Shown: positions 11,780 to 25,200, counted from the stretch's first letter. The stretch is DNA of 64,000 nucleotides from Basidiobolus meristosporus CBS 931.73 (GCA_002104905.1 MCFE01000448.1:9428-73427), one strand, 5' to 3'. The notes: generated from the sequence alone by a model not told the origin. Translations and numbers: made by a program.

Positions 11780-14484
11780 GTGTTTATGCATACAAATTGG
11801 TTTGTTTCCATTGAAACTTCAGTTGTAGCTCAATCACCAATTATACTGACCTATACAAGTCCCTATGCCCAGCACCAACATTGAGCTCAACCCCACACTC
11901 AACAAGTAACCCCATTAATATCCATCCATCAATCAGTGTGCCTACTGTAACACCTTGTGCCCATGACTTTGGTGGGTACCCTGCAGCTTCATGCTATTGT
12001 TCATTCACCAGTTCCTACATGTCCTGGTCTTCAGCTGGCACTGCAAGGCCTAGCACCTCATCTGCCAGCTGTTGCAATTAATCCCTGCAATGTTCAAGTG
12101 CACTGTCTTGAGCACCACACTTAAAGAAGTGCTGCAACCACTTGACATACCTGTTACTGTTCCAAAATTCCACCATAGGCATTGTGACATTCCTCAGACT
12201 TCCTGACATTGCTGCTTTGCATGGGATCTCCACTATGCCTACAATAGAGGATGTAGAGGCAGTGATAGACAAGTTGCATTTCTCTGCAAGCTGATCTACC
12301 TTACCAGGGTGTAGCTTGACCAGCACCTTTCAAGCCCAGGAGAGAACTGCCATCATCTTGTTGGCAATTGATCTTGGCAACTAGAGGATTCAAACCGCTT
12401 TATATTGATGGCATTGGTGGGTGAGAACTGCGGCCTTTTTCTTGCACCTTTCTGCCTCTGGCTTGGATAGACTTGTCTTCCATTCTCTTTCACTTTCCCT
12501 TCACCTTTATCACTGCCAGGCTCTTCACTGCAACTTCACCAGGTGATTCTTATATTGACTATACCTTCCCTATGACAAATACTACACCGGTGCATACATA
12601 CCTGCCTGCTTATCCCTGACTAGTACTCTTCAGGCTACCTTACACTTCTCTACCACTTGTTATCTCTTTCTGCCCTGCTTTTGACCGGCTCTCAAGGCAG
12701 CCACTGGTTTTTAGCCATGGTATTTTTGTTCTGATGCCTTTGATTGTTTCTAACATTCTGAGATATTTTCTGAGCAAAACCCATTTGCTTGTATGAGTTC
12801 TGGATGAGGCCAATGGAGCAGGTCAAGTGCATACTGCTTGCCTTGAGCTTTTGATGGTTCCATGGTATGCCAGTCATACAATGATGACATGCCAGACTTC
12901 TTACAGCCTCCTAAATACTAGCCTATTCTTCATTGTTGCACCCAATGGCATCAGGGATGTTGTATCCTAGGGAAAACATGAATCAAACTCTTAAATAGTT
13001 TAACCAAACCAAAGGGACAGTCAAGTGCAGAATCTCAAAATTGTCAGAGAGTGGTGGAAATATCAGTGGAGAGATTCTGGACAAACATTGGTGTTGTATA
13101 TAGCTGGGTTTGGCTATAAAGGCAACAGAGTTGGTTTGCTATACAGGCTAGGCTTGGTGCTCCTAGGAGTGCCAGATATGCTAGGCTTGGGTGGAAACTA
13201 GAACAGAGTTGTTGAATTCCTAATTTTGCTCAGACCCAATCCTAATTTTGTTGAGACACACACTAAACCAAAAGGTTCACCAAACCTTATTAATACTTCT
13301 CTGATCAAGTTGAATTAGTAAGCACCAAGGGACTGGATTAATTGAAATAAACTTGGTTGCTGATAGGTACATAAGATAAATAAAAATTGCATCATCAATC
13401 AGCTGATGTGATGGCAACTGCTAAGTGGTTGGATAGATCTCAGATGCTAATCATTTAGGAAGACCTGGCAGATAAGTTGATAATGTAATGGCCATGCAAG
13501 AATTGATCCAGCGTGACAGCTAAAAATAGATTCAGTGGTAGGATAAAAGGAACCATTGTTGTATCCAAGAGAAAAGTGTAATAAAACTCTTGAATGAGTT
13601 AACTTAACCTAAGTGACAACTAAGCGCAGAATCTTAGAATTGTCAAGGGTGACAGAAATATTAGCAGAGAGGTTCTGGTCTAATATTGGCTTGGTATATA
13701 GTTGAGTTGGGCTATAAAGGCAACAGAGTTGGTTTTCAATACAGGCTAGGCTTGGTGTTCTTGGGAATGCTAGATATGCTAGGCCTGGGTGGAAACTAGA
13801 ATGGAATTGTTGAGTTCTTAATTTTGCTGAGGCACAATCTTGATTTTGTTGAGACACACACCAAACCAAAAGGTCCAGTAATCTTTATTTATACTTTTCT
13901 GATCAAGTTGAATTAGTAAGTGCCAAGAGACTGGACTAATTGAAATCTGTTTGGGTGTTGATAGGTGCATAAGATAAGTGAGAAATTGTATCATTAATCA
14001 GCTGATGTCTTGACAACTACTAAGTGGTTGGATGGATCTCAGATGACTAATCCTTTGGAAAGACTTAGCAAATCAGTTGAGGATGTAATGACCACTGGAA
14101 AGTTGATCAGGTGTGACAGCTAAAAATAGATTCTGAGAAGTGATAAAATAAACCATAACAGGGATTGGTTATGTTTGGCTTAGGGAACATCAGTTAGGGT
14201 ACTTAATTTTCTAATGCAGAAAATTGGCTAAGTTTTCAAATTCTGATGCACAACAAGGGATCTTCAGTGTCTTTTAATTCTCAGGCTTCAGTATAAATAT
14301 TGCCATCTCTCCCTCCCATGGTGTGATAGGCTTTTATGTAGGCTTTATCTTTGAGTACTGTAGTATTACCATACTGACTGTATAGTGCTCCCTGGCTGTT
14401 ACATCAGGAAATGGCTCAATTCTTGATTGCAGCTTTGAGCTGCTTGGGTTCCTTCTTTGCTGCCTGGATAGACACTGTGCTTTC
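11780..14484 (-). pseudogene. Decayed copy of the CACTA-associated unknown ORF (ORF2), split by the LTR-C composite at 12958-14255
   Basis: The reverse complement of 14256-14480 plus 12830-12957 aligns with 17490-17860. 11800-12330 aligns with 18560-19075 (EFWNSNRYVKWLQHFFK...). Confidence 0.7.
12958..14255 (+). mobile_element. Two head-to-tail LTR-C copies (3'-truncated 12958-13556, complete 13557-14255) flanked by 5-bp TSD AGGGA
   Basis: Both copies start TGTTGTATCC and the second ends CAACA. AGGGA lies at 12953-12957 and 14256-14260. The host ORF2 remnant is contiguous across the insertion. Homologous to 29369-30061. Confidence 0.85.
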
Positions 14485-15130
14485 TGTTTTAAGAATCTTG
14501 GAGATATTGGTAATGACTTGGGCAAACAAGTAGAATATATGGTTTTGACTCAATAACTTGTTGAATGTGAAAGCAGTATTTTCACTATACATGGTCTTGG
14601 CATATGCTGCATGTAAAATAAGCCTAGGAAGATCCCATGCAAATGTGTGCATAGTTTGGAGCTGCTTAGACAGCTTTGAGAATTTTCACACTCAGGGTAC
14701 CTGATATTTTGGTCAGAAAATTCCAGGTAAATCCTATCAAGGAGTTTAGTCAGTAATCTCAAAGATTTGCAGGTAACAATATAAGTTACAGCATTGGGAG
14801 AATATTTAGGGGAAATCCAAGTTGTACAACACTCCCACTTAACTAAATGGTCACACTGACTTGTCTTAAATATTTGTATATAGCTTATGATTTGGTAAAT
14901 ATGTCTGCAATCATTTCATCAGTAGAACAGTAACCTAAGTTATATAAGTTATTCTATGTAGCTTTACATATGAAATGATGACCAATATCTGTGTGCTGAG
15001 TTCTGGCATGTAAATTGGATTTCTACCCAGTTGTAAACATCCTTGACTATCATGAAATAAAGTAATGGGCACTTTTGGCAAAACTCTAATTCTTTAAAAA
15101 GCTTTCTTAACCACATCCCCAATGAGAAAT
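14485..15130 (-). mobile_element. Copia-D 3' end: RNase H remnant, PPT and 3' LTR (14485-14831)
   Basis: The reverse complement gives MWLRKLFKEL..., then aagtgggag followed by TGTTGTA. The LTR aligns with 32193-32541. Confidence 0.8.
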
Positions 15131-15564
15131 AACCCTGCTGTTCCCATCAGGATGTTGTGCAAAGACGGCAAAAAAACACAGTACTGCTGATTTTGCAAAA
15201 AACTTGGTCAAAAATTTTCATCTCAACAATGCATTAGTGGCTTTTGACTGGTTCTCAGCAAATTCTTTCAGAATCACCTTCTATGCTTAGGTATGTTGAT
15301 TGGCTATTGCCTCTTTCTCACACTCTCTATTTCATGACTCAAGCAATTCTCTTACTTTTCACAAATACATATTGGCTTAATACCATTGAAACTTTGGTAG
15401 TACCTCAATTGCAAATTGTACTGACCTATACAAATCCCTATACCCAACACTAACATTAAGCCCAACCCTAAACTTGACAAGTAATCCCATTTAAATCCAC
15501 CATTCAATAAGTATTTCTGCTGTTACACCCTTTGTCCATGACTTTGGCAGGAACCCTACACCCT

Positions 15565-17230
15565 AAGTAAAGTAATTTGGTCCTGCAAGTGGATCCAATC
15601 CAGAACAGCATTCAGGATCCTGTTTGGTGACTGTGATTATAACAGCAGTTTGGAATTAGTGACACTCTTAACAATCTTATAACAGGATCACAACTGTATT
15701 TGGCTAATTTTACTGCCAAATAAATTTAAAAAACTTGTCAGGGTTTTATTGATGCTGTGGCAATAATGGTATGGTAATGTTGTGGTCTTGATATGCTCTG
15801 CAACTATTTTAAATAGATCTAACCAGCCAGTACATCCAGTTACCTTATATGGCAAAAAACTTGACAGTGTTTTGACAGCCCCATTGCAAGTATCCAATGG
15901 CATTTTTACAGCAGTATGGTGGCCTACAGCTAGTTCTGTACAATGCTTCCATACCAATTTACCAAATGGTATTTTCTTTTTCTAACTCCCCTTGTGCAAT
16001 TCATATGTTCCATTGTAGAATCACCCCTCTCTATTTGCTTACCCACTACTACCTTGGGTATTCCACATATAGTTCAAATCAAAACAAGCTATGGCCTCCT
16101 GCTTACTAACCCCTACAAACACACACACCTGCTGTAATTGGAATACTTCTATCATCTCTACTTTACAGCTTTTTAGTGTGATACTTGCAAAGTTGCCAAA
16201 TACCTTGAGCTGCTGGTAACATATATATCTTTAAACATATGCTTGGTTGTTGCCACTTCTGCCATGAATACTTCCTGAAAATCTGCAAAGAATTTCTTGG
16301 TATTTAGCCAATATATTCCTTCTCCCTGCTGCATTCTAGTCCCCCTTATAGGTGCACTCTGGATCTTGTTTGTGTGAATTCTGTATTGAATGATGTAGAA
16401 GTTAGCTTGTGACCATGAGAAGTCCTGCATACCTTGGTAGAGTTTTACTGATAAAAATTAGTTGCTTGTTGCACCCAACCCAACTTTGCATTACTCAGCT
16501 GATTACCCACGCATTACAGCTGCTTAGTTTCTCAATGCCATAGGCATAGGTGTCTCCATGTGCACATCTGTCCTCAGGATTTTCCAACTCTTCTTGGCTG
16601 TCCTCCATGTGCCAGCTCATCACAGCCATGATGGACTTGAAGTTAATATTCTTGATAAGTTTGGGATATGGTGGTACCTGTTACTTGACTTGTCATCCTA
16701 TCTCCCCATGCATCTGCTCCATAGGAAACTCCCAAAAGGTGAAGCCAGGCCCAATATTCTCCACACACCAAGCAAAATGGAGAAGAGAATGAATACAGTA
16801 GTGGCAGAGATCTATGCATTCAGATTTATGTTTGTAGTACTGCCGCTTGAATCCTATTACAAACTCCTTGCACAACTGCTATAGATGTGTCAAGTTGGCA
16901 TTAGTGATCTGCTTCTGGATAAATTATCCAAAAATGTTCACACACGACTCCCAATGCTTGCAATGTACTCTTAGTAGAAATGGCTGGTTTGGTAGTGACT
17001 GATGAATTGTCAAATATGACTTGTGTGGTAAACACTGGCTGTAATCCTTGTAATACTTCCTATGCTGTCTGTGTGCTTCATGGCTGAGAGGCTTGCTACA
17101 AGAGCCATATGGTCTTTTTTCTCTTCTTTTAAGGTGTTGAGTCTTGTCCATGGGGCAAACAGCTTGACCTTCAACAACATAATGGTATTTTATCACTTTT
17201 TGGTCAATATTCATCTGAGTTGAGAGCCTC
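15565..17230 (-). mobile_element. CACTA/En-Spm (Tnp2/Transposase_21-DUF4218-type) transposase remnant, internally deleted
   Basis: Minus-strand translation HWESCVNI...HSLLHFAWCVENIGPGFTFWEFPMEQMHGEIG carries the H-x-L-x-H...GP...W-x-F-P-x-E-R motif. Multiple stops. Confidence 0.75.
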
Positions 17231-19080
17231 TGCAGAGCTGCAAGCTGACCATTCTGCCCATGCAGATGAGAGTGTTGCAAGCACAGTACCTTCTGCTGAA
17301 GACCAGCAAGTTGCTGTCATAACAACACCACCACCTATATTATCAAGTATGTTGTCTGCTCATGCCAAAGCATTAATGCAGCAATTAGGTGCAGTAGCTG
17401 ATAGGATAGATGCAATGCAGAGAAGTCAGGAAATAGTCCAGAAGCAGGATAAGCAGATTATACAAGTAGAGAAATCAGTATCCCAGGTAGAGAAAGCAGT
17501 ATCATTGCTGCAAAGAAGGAACTCAAGTAGCTCAATGCCACAGCCAAGTATTGAGCCATTTACTGATGTAACAGCAGAGGATCACCATACAGTCATTGAA
17601 GCACAACAACAGTGCCCAAAGATAAAGCCTGCAGAGAAACCTATAACAGCATGGGAGTGAGATAATGTGGTGTTTATACCAAAGCCTAAAAATCAAAAGA
17701 TATTGAAGATCCATGAGGCCATTGAGTGCCATGATGGAGTGGGATAATACTCAAGAGGCTGTCAGAAGTCTAGCATGCCATCACCTTGAGGTGGGCATAC
17801 CATGGGACCATCAGGAATTCAAGGCCAAGCAGAATGTGCATGACTTGTTTCATGAGCACTATGCTGGATTCAAATAGGCTAACTGATTTTTGGCCAGCAC
17901 TAGTATATCAAGAATGTATTTTAGGAATAGCTGAAGCTATCAAAGGCAGAAAAACAAGGGTGCCATGGCTAAAAACCAGTGGCTTCCTCAATAGCCTGTT
18001 AGAAGCAGGACCAAAAGCTCCAGACAAGCATCAAAGAGACATCTGGTAGCAGGAAGAGTGCCAATAAGGGACAAGTAGGCCAATACAGATGCACCAGCAC
18101 AACACTTATCAAGGAAAAGTGCAGTGCCACTCAAGAAGCACTCAGTCAAAGTTGCAGTGAAGGACCTGACAGTGATAAAAGCCAGCAGCTTTTACAGGAG
18201 CATGTCACAACTACAATTGAGAGTGCAAAACAAGCAGAAAAACATCAGGTTGCCAGAAGAGTGCCAGCAAGAGACAAGCAGGCCAAAACAGATGCGTCAG
18301 AGCAGAATTTATCAAGGAGAAAATGAAGTGTCTTACAAGAAGTACTCAGACAAATTGGCAGTGAAAGACACAGCAGTGATAAAGGAAAAGGTAAAGGGAA
18401 AATTGTCTACTCAAGCCTAAGACAGGAAAGCATGCAAAAAAACCTGCAGCTCTTGCCAAATAACACTGTAAGCCCAGAACAGACTGAATCCCATCATAGC
18501 CAAGAAGAATTATCAACAAGAAAACAGCTGTTTTCACAAGAGTTAGAAGTGCAGCCAGTTGAGCTACACTCCAGCAAGGTTTATGAGTTTGCAGAAAAAG
18601 GCAATTTGTCTACCACAGCCTCCACTTCCTCCATTGCTGACAGAGTGGAGATCCCATTGACAGACAAGGCTACAACATCAAGTACTCAAAAAACTATCAC
18701 AATCCCTTCTGTGGAATTTTGGAACATTAATAGGCACAACAAGAGGTTGCAGCACTTCTTCAAGAGCAGTTTTCAAGAAAACACACTGAAATGTTGCAAG
18801 AATTTATTGCAAAGACTGGCAGATGAGGTGCTAGAACTTGCAGTGCCTGCTGAAGACCTGGATGTTTGGGAATCAATGAATGGTCTGTGGCATAAAGCCA
18901 TTAGGTTCCTGCCAAAGTTGTGGAACCAGTGCATTGCAGCAGAAATACATACTGAGTGGTGAATATTAATGGAGGTACTTGCTCAGTGTGGGGTTGGGCT
19001 TAGTGCTAGTCTACGGTATAGGGGCTGGTATGTGTCAATATAATTGGCAATTGAGGTAGAACTGAAGCTTCAATGGAAAT
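17220..19080 (+). pseudogene. CACTA-associated ORF2 remnant: coiled-coil/low-complexity N-terminus, helical domain, K/Q-rich repeats and a conserved ~110-aa C-terminal domain
   Basis: ORFs 17220-17660, 17786-18049, 18124-18420 and 18432-18962 are collinear, and homologous pieces recur at least four other times in the window. Confidence 0.55.
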
Positions 19081-21474
19081 AAATCAACTTTTATACACAA
19101 ACAGTAAGAGAAACAGTTTAGTCAAGAAGTAAGGAGTGTGAAAAAGAGCCAACAGCCAATCAATACACACAAATGTAGGGGGTGATAGAGTGTCCAGAAT
19201 CAGAAAGTCAGCAAATTGGCAGGGAACCAATCAAAAGCCACTTATTTATTGTTGTGATGAAGAATTTTGACTACATTTTTGTGAAATCTGGAGTGCAATT
19301 ATTTTTCAATGGTCTCTGGATGGTGTCTGGATGGGTTCAGTACCTCTTAGTGACAGGGCTTTAACTTTGTGACAGCCTTTTCATGGGATCATTACAATAC
19401 TTCTTCATAGGGAAAATACTCCTGCTATGGAATCTGTTGCTGAGCACTCTGGGATATGGAAGTGTGTTGGAGCTTCTGAACCTAGCATTCAAGCATTCTC
19501 TAAGTCATTCACTCCCTCTACAAGGTGGTTCTCAATTGCTGTCAGCTGGGAATGAAATTTCCTAGGACTTTTGTTGCCATGGATGGGGTGATGAAACCTT
19601 GTAGGGCAATAGTTCTTCTAATAGCAGAGAAGCTTAACAAGGGATACCCTTGGGTGGATTGGGCTAGATGCTACACAATACTTAGTACTGATATCCTTTA
19701 ATGTGTTAAAATAAAGGCCAGTGGTAGTGATGGAATTGATGAGAAAATACCATTCAGATGAGTAAGACATAGTAAAGTTGATAGCGGATTGGGCAAAGAG
19801 GATTTGAATTGATTTGGCGCAATCAGCTTTATATATGTGATTTCCATGCATTAGGATTAAATCTCCATCAATTGCCATGTATCCCATCATTAAGTTGCAA
19901 AAATTATGCTCAACATTGCTTTGATGCTTTTATTGATGCTGTACCCACAAGTTTATAATCAAATAAGAAGTCCGATATTGATGTGATTTGATTTGTGTCC
20001 ATGGAATCCAAGATTCATCATGCATAATATAGGAAAAATTCAACCATCACATTAGTTTTCATATTTATTTCATGTAAGACCAGGTTGATACCAATATACA
20101 ACTCTAGAAGAGATCAAAACTGTTACTATGATCCCTATACCAAGCTGCAACTCATCTTTAATACAGCCCAGACAAAGCCCATCCCCCAGCTCACAAGCAT
20201 GGTCTGGACCAAAAAAGTCAATGTTGGATCCGGTTGAGTTCTTGCCAGAAGATTTTAGTGTTGCCCCAGTCTCTGTGATAAGCCTTTTTACAGATATTTG
20301 GGCACTACTAATAAATCTAGCAGAATTGGATACTGCAGAGAGTCCACAGAGATGAAAGAATTTGAGTAGAAAGCTATGGCATAAGTTCTACACCAAGATA
20401 CTAGCAGATGTATGCAAGAAAATTATAACAAGACAAGTATTGAAGTCAAGAATGAGCTGAGAGTGAGGGGATTTGATGAGGAAGCCTTCTGTGAGCAATT
20501 CCACATGCAATTTGTACAGTATGAACTGGACGCACCATCTGTGCCTCAACTCTGGGAACCAAAAGGATTTTAAATGTGTTGTTGCCTCATATGACCAATG
20601 TACTATGTGATATATTAGTGGAGCCAAGTGGCTCTCAAGAGGCATATACACAGGACTCATCCAGGTAACAGTTCCAAAGTATCAGACAGAAGGTAAGTAA
20701 ATACCTTGAGGAATCAGAAGGTGTGCTTCAATAGGAAAAATACAGACTGCAAGTAACAGTGTCTAGATTGGGCCAGCATGCCTCTCTGAACTCCTACCAT
20801 CCCTTAAAACTTCAACGTGCCAGCACATATCTGTCCAATCTACACCAACAGCCTTCAAAAGAGCGCCCCACATTGTGGCGATGCATGCTCTTCAGAGTAA
20901 AACTACCAGAACATGCCAAATTGCACATTAAAACATGAGTCCATTGGAGTGGGCTGAGTGTGTCAACAAGTGGCATTGCATCAAATTCAGCCAAGGGCCA
21001 TGCCACACATCAAGTAGCACCTGAGCATGCCATTACACCTGATCATTAGCAAGTTACTTCTGGTGAACTGACTGGTGATAACCCACATGAAGTGCCTCCA
21101 CTACCAGAGTGTTTGGCAAGTGAGAGTACTCATCAGCCTGTGGCACTTCAGGCTGGCTCAGTAGCATCATCCAGAGCAATTCAGCAAAGCCAAGCTGCAG
21201 CATTACACTCATTAACTAGGAGGCAAACTACTCAATAAAAATACACAAGTAGCCAAGATGATAGTCTACAAGGAAGTAATTTAGGTGTTCAAAGTGAATC
21301 ATTACAAAATGCTTTAGTATTAATAACTGAAAAAAACCTAGGAAAAGATGATAAAATTGCATCCTAACAACCTGCTGAGCTGTAGCCTCTATGCCCTTGG
21401 CTTGAAAAAGGATATTAGCAATCCAAATTGAGCCATTGCAAGTCCATGATCACTATATTTTTGATATAAGTAAT

Positions 21475-22208
21475 AGACTTGTTCCGTTGGATAGTGCCAC
21501 ATTGAGCCATGAGTGCCAAATGATGCCATAGTGTGCCAGAGAGGCCAATTGAGCCTCTACCTGGCCACAGAGTGTGAAACATAGCTCCACATCTTCATGC
21601 AAAGCAGCCCCTGTGTTTCACCCATTGTGTTGGAGAAAATCCATTTTTTGAGCTTTTTTTGTGAATCAATGTAGCTCAGGATGTGTAAGAGCACAGGAGA
21701 ACTGAAGATATGCATCTGGTACTCAATACCCATGGCACTCTGAATCTAGCTCCTGTAGCTTGTATCATGTCACAAAAATGAATGGCACAATCTTGGTCCA
21801 CCGGCACTATCTGGCACTATATTTAAATATTAGCCCTAAAGTAAGATCTATACAAAGCACTAATAGTGCCAGATAGTGCCGGTGGACCAAGATAGTGCCA
21901 TTCATTTTTGTGACATGATACAAGCTACAGGAGCTAGATTCAGAGTGCCATGGGTATTGAGTACCAGATGCATATCTTCAGTTCTCCTGTGCTCTTACAC
22001 ATCCTGAGCTACATTGATTCACAAAAAAAGCTCAAAAAATGGATTTTCTCCTGCGCAATGGGTGAAACACAGGGGCTGCTTTACATGAAGATGCAGAGCT
22101 ATGTTTCACACTCTGTGGCCAAGTATAGGCTCAATTGACCTCTCTGGCACACTATGGCATCATTTGGCACTCATGGCTCAGTGTGGCACTATCCAACGGA
22201 ACAAGTCT
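21475..22208. mobile_element. Foldback/MITE-like element, 734 bp: 346-bp inverted arms, 42-bp spacer, 3-bp TSD AAT
   Basis: Termini AGACTTGTTCCGTTGG ... CCAACGGAACAAGTCT. The arms 21475-21820 and 21863-22208 are near-perfect reverse complements, with aat on both flanks. Confidence 0.92.
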
Positions 22209-23123
22209 AATATTGATGTTGTCTCACAATTGATACAGATGATATATGATGGCAAATCAGATAGCTTGGGTATAGGTCAATGAGCCAATTGTAGGATAAC
22301 AGTTTCAGGATACTTTTAGACCAATCAACCACTCACCAACTATCCAATTGAGGTGATGGTAATTAAAATGGCAAGTATCAGTTAGCTTATAGTGTGATAC
22401 GCAAGTATTTACATTTACATTAAAGAAACATATCCAAACACCAAATTTTACCTACTGCCATGGCAGTATCCAATTACACATGTGATGCATACAGCGCAAA
22501 TTGGTGCAATCATCTAGGCCAACCTCATTGTGTCAGATTGTGTCATAGTGTGCAAGATAGTCCAAGAGCAATCCTGCTTACTGGTAGCCACAATATTGCA
22601 ACTGATTGTTCTTAACAACCACAGATTGTGCCACACACCCTGGCACAATACAACAGAACTAGTCTACTGTGTTGCTACATTCTCATCTGCTTGAGCATCA
22701 TGATCAGCTTGCTGCTACACAGAGATTGACATTTGCCTACTTGACTGAGAGCCTGAGAAATCTGCATCATTACCTTCAGTGGGGATACTCTTAGCTTGGC
22801 ATTTTCTGGGTGTGCCCTGCCTGTTGCACTGAATGTCAAAGCAAACTGTTGTACTACTGTTCTTCTGCTGCCGTCAACAGTGTGGCTTGGCTGGGAACCA
22901 AACAACTTTGTTTTTTTTTGCATCATATATATGGAAGAGAGTCATATGCATGTGTATGTGGTGCCACAACTTCATTTATAATGTTTACTATGGCAGGTCA
23001 TCATTGAATCTTACTTTCATGTAGGTGCTATGTCTCAAATACAACACTGACATAAACTCACATGAGCATTGACAAAAAGTGATACAATAGTGTTATACTA
23101 TTCAGTATCAAGCTGCTTGCCCC

Positions 23124-23700
23124 ATGGAGAAGACTACTTTGATTCATCACTATAAGAGAAGAGAAAAAAGACCTTGTGGCTATGGTAACAAGCCTCTTAG
23201 CCTAGAAGCATGTAGACATAATACAAAGTATTATAAGGATCACAGAGAGTGTTTTGCTACACAAGTCATATATGGCCATTATTCAGTCACTACCACACCA
23301 TCAATATCTAAAATGGCAACTAGCTCTACTTGTAACCTTGCACAGGCTGAGTCATGTGAACCTATGATGCCTTCAGGCTCACCTCATCCTTCTCAATATA
23401 GTATGCAGAGTGATAGCTCCAAAGAAGAAGTCTCACTGGTATCTAGGCCAAGATCAACATCCTGGCAGGACAGCTTCCTGCATCCCCTGAGGGATGAATT
23501 TTATATGCTTTCCAGCAGAATACTGCCAAACAGCCATCATATCAAAGCACATATTATTATTTGCATGGGAGATACCCCTGCCATAAGCAAGAAAGCCAGC
23601 TTTTCTGGGCACAATGGATGGAATTACTGTCAAATGTGTGAAATCCAACAGATTTACTCCATAACTCACACACATTACTCTTTTAAAAAGAATTTGATCC
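23124..23700 (+). mobile_element. CACTA/Tnp2 transposase N-terminal/core remnant
   Basis: RPRSTSWQDSFLHPLRDEF...AHIIICMGDTPAISKKASFSGHNGWNYCQMCEI contains the Tnp2 D-x-P-A...G-H...C-x2-C signature. Confidence 0.8.
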
Positions 23701-23959
23701 CACAGGTGAATCCAATCTAGATCAGCTGTCAAGATCCAGTCAGGAGACTGGTATAATGCCAGCAGCTTGGGATTAATGACCCTCTACAAATTCTTATGAC
23801 AGGATCACAACATCATTGCTGAGGTCCAAGTGCACTCTACAACTATTGGAGTGGATCTAACTGGCCAGTACATCCAATTGCATTATATGGCAAAAAACCT
23901 GACAGTGTTTTGATGACCTCATTGCAAGCCACTGATGGCATTATAATGGCAGTTTGGTG

Positions 23960-24680
23960 GCCTATTGCTAATTATGAATAAGGCTACCAAACAAACTTAC
24001 CAAACAGTATTTCCTTTCTCTATCTCCCCTTGCACAGTTCATATATTCCACAGTGGAATCACACCTCTCTATTTGCTTACCCACTACTACCTTGGGTACT
24101 TCATGTACAGTCTGAATCAAAAAAACTATGGCCTCCTGCTTGCCAATGCTACATACTTGCATACCTGCTGCAGTTAACACACTTCTATCACCTTAACTTT
24201 ATGGCTTTTTGTGTGATACTTGCAAGCTACCATAAACAGTGTATTACTGGTAACATATACATCTTGCAAACAAATGCTTAGTTGCTGCCACATTAGCCTT
24301 TAATACTTCCTGAATATATGCAAAGAACATCTTGATACTTTGCCAATATATTCCTTCTCCCTGCTGCATTCAAGATCCCCTTATAGGTGTACTCTGGCTC
24401 TTGTTTGTGTGAATTCTGTATCAAATGGTGCAGAAAATGGCTTGTGACTATGAGAAATCTGGCATATCTTGGTAGAGCTCTCTTAATAAGAATTAGTTGC
24501 TTGTTACACCTAATCCAACTTTGTATTATTTAGCAGATAACCCATGCATTGTGGCTGCTTAGCTTCTTGATGCCATATGCATAGGTGCTTCCATAGACAC
24601 ATCTGTCCTCAGGATTTTCCAACTCTTCCTGGCTGTCCTCTGTGTGCCAGCTCATTGCATCCATAACTGACCTGAAGGTA
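23960..24680 (-). mobile_element. CACTA transposase C-terminal remnant
   Basis: Aligns with 15960-16640 in the same orientation and with 26750-27380 in reverse complement. Confidence 0.7.
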
Positions 24681-24689
24681 TTGGAACAT

Positions 24690-25041
24690 TAATAGGCACA
24701 CTAAGAGGTTGCAGCACTACTTCAAGAGCAGTGCTCAAGACAACATACCTGAATATTGCAAGGATTTATTGCAAAGACTGGCAGATGAGGTGTTGGACCT
24801 TGCAGTGCTGGCTGAAGACCAGAACCTGTGGGAACCAGTGAATGAACAGTGGCATAAAGCTGTAGGGTTCCCACCAAAGTTGTGGATCCAGAGCATTACA
24901 GCAGAAATACCTATTGAGTGGAGGAACTTGATGGGGTTACTTATTAAGTGTGGGGTTGGGCTTAGTGTTAGTGTAGGGTATAGGGACTTGCATAGGTTGA
25001 TACCATTGGCAATTGAGGTACAACTGCAGTTGCAATGCTAA
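24690..25041 (+). pseudogene. ORF2 C-terminal domain copy
   Basis: QHYFKSSAQDNIPEYCKDLLQRLADEVLDLAVLAEDQNLWE aligns with the 18432-18962 ORF. Confidence 0.6.
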
Positions 25042-25200
25042 GTATCAATTGATAAACATGAAAAGTAAGAGAAATGGCTTAGTCAGGAATTAAGGAGTGT
25101 GAAAGCCAATTCATACACACAAATGTACGAGGTGATAGAGCTTCTGGGACTAGAAAGTGAGAAAATTGGCAGAGAACCAATCACAAGCCACTTATATATT

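Noticed and set aside
23124-24680. A fixed convergent arrangement of transposase N- and C-terminal halves as a family feature
   Set aside because: Homology with the other copies starts only at ~23690, so the junction is private to this copy.
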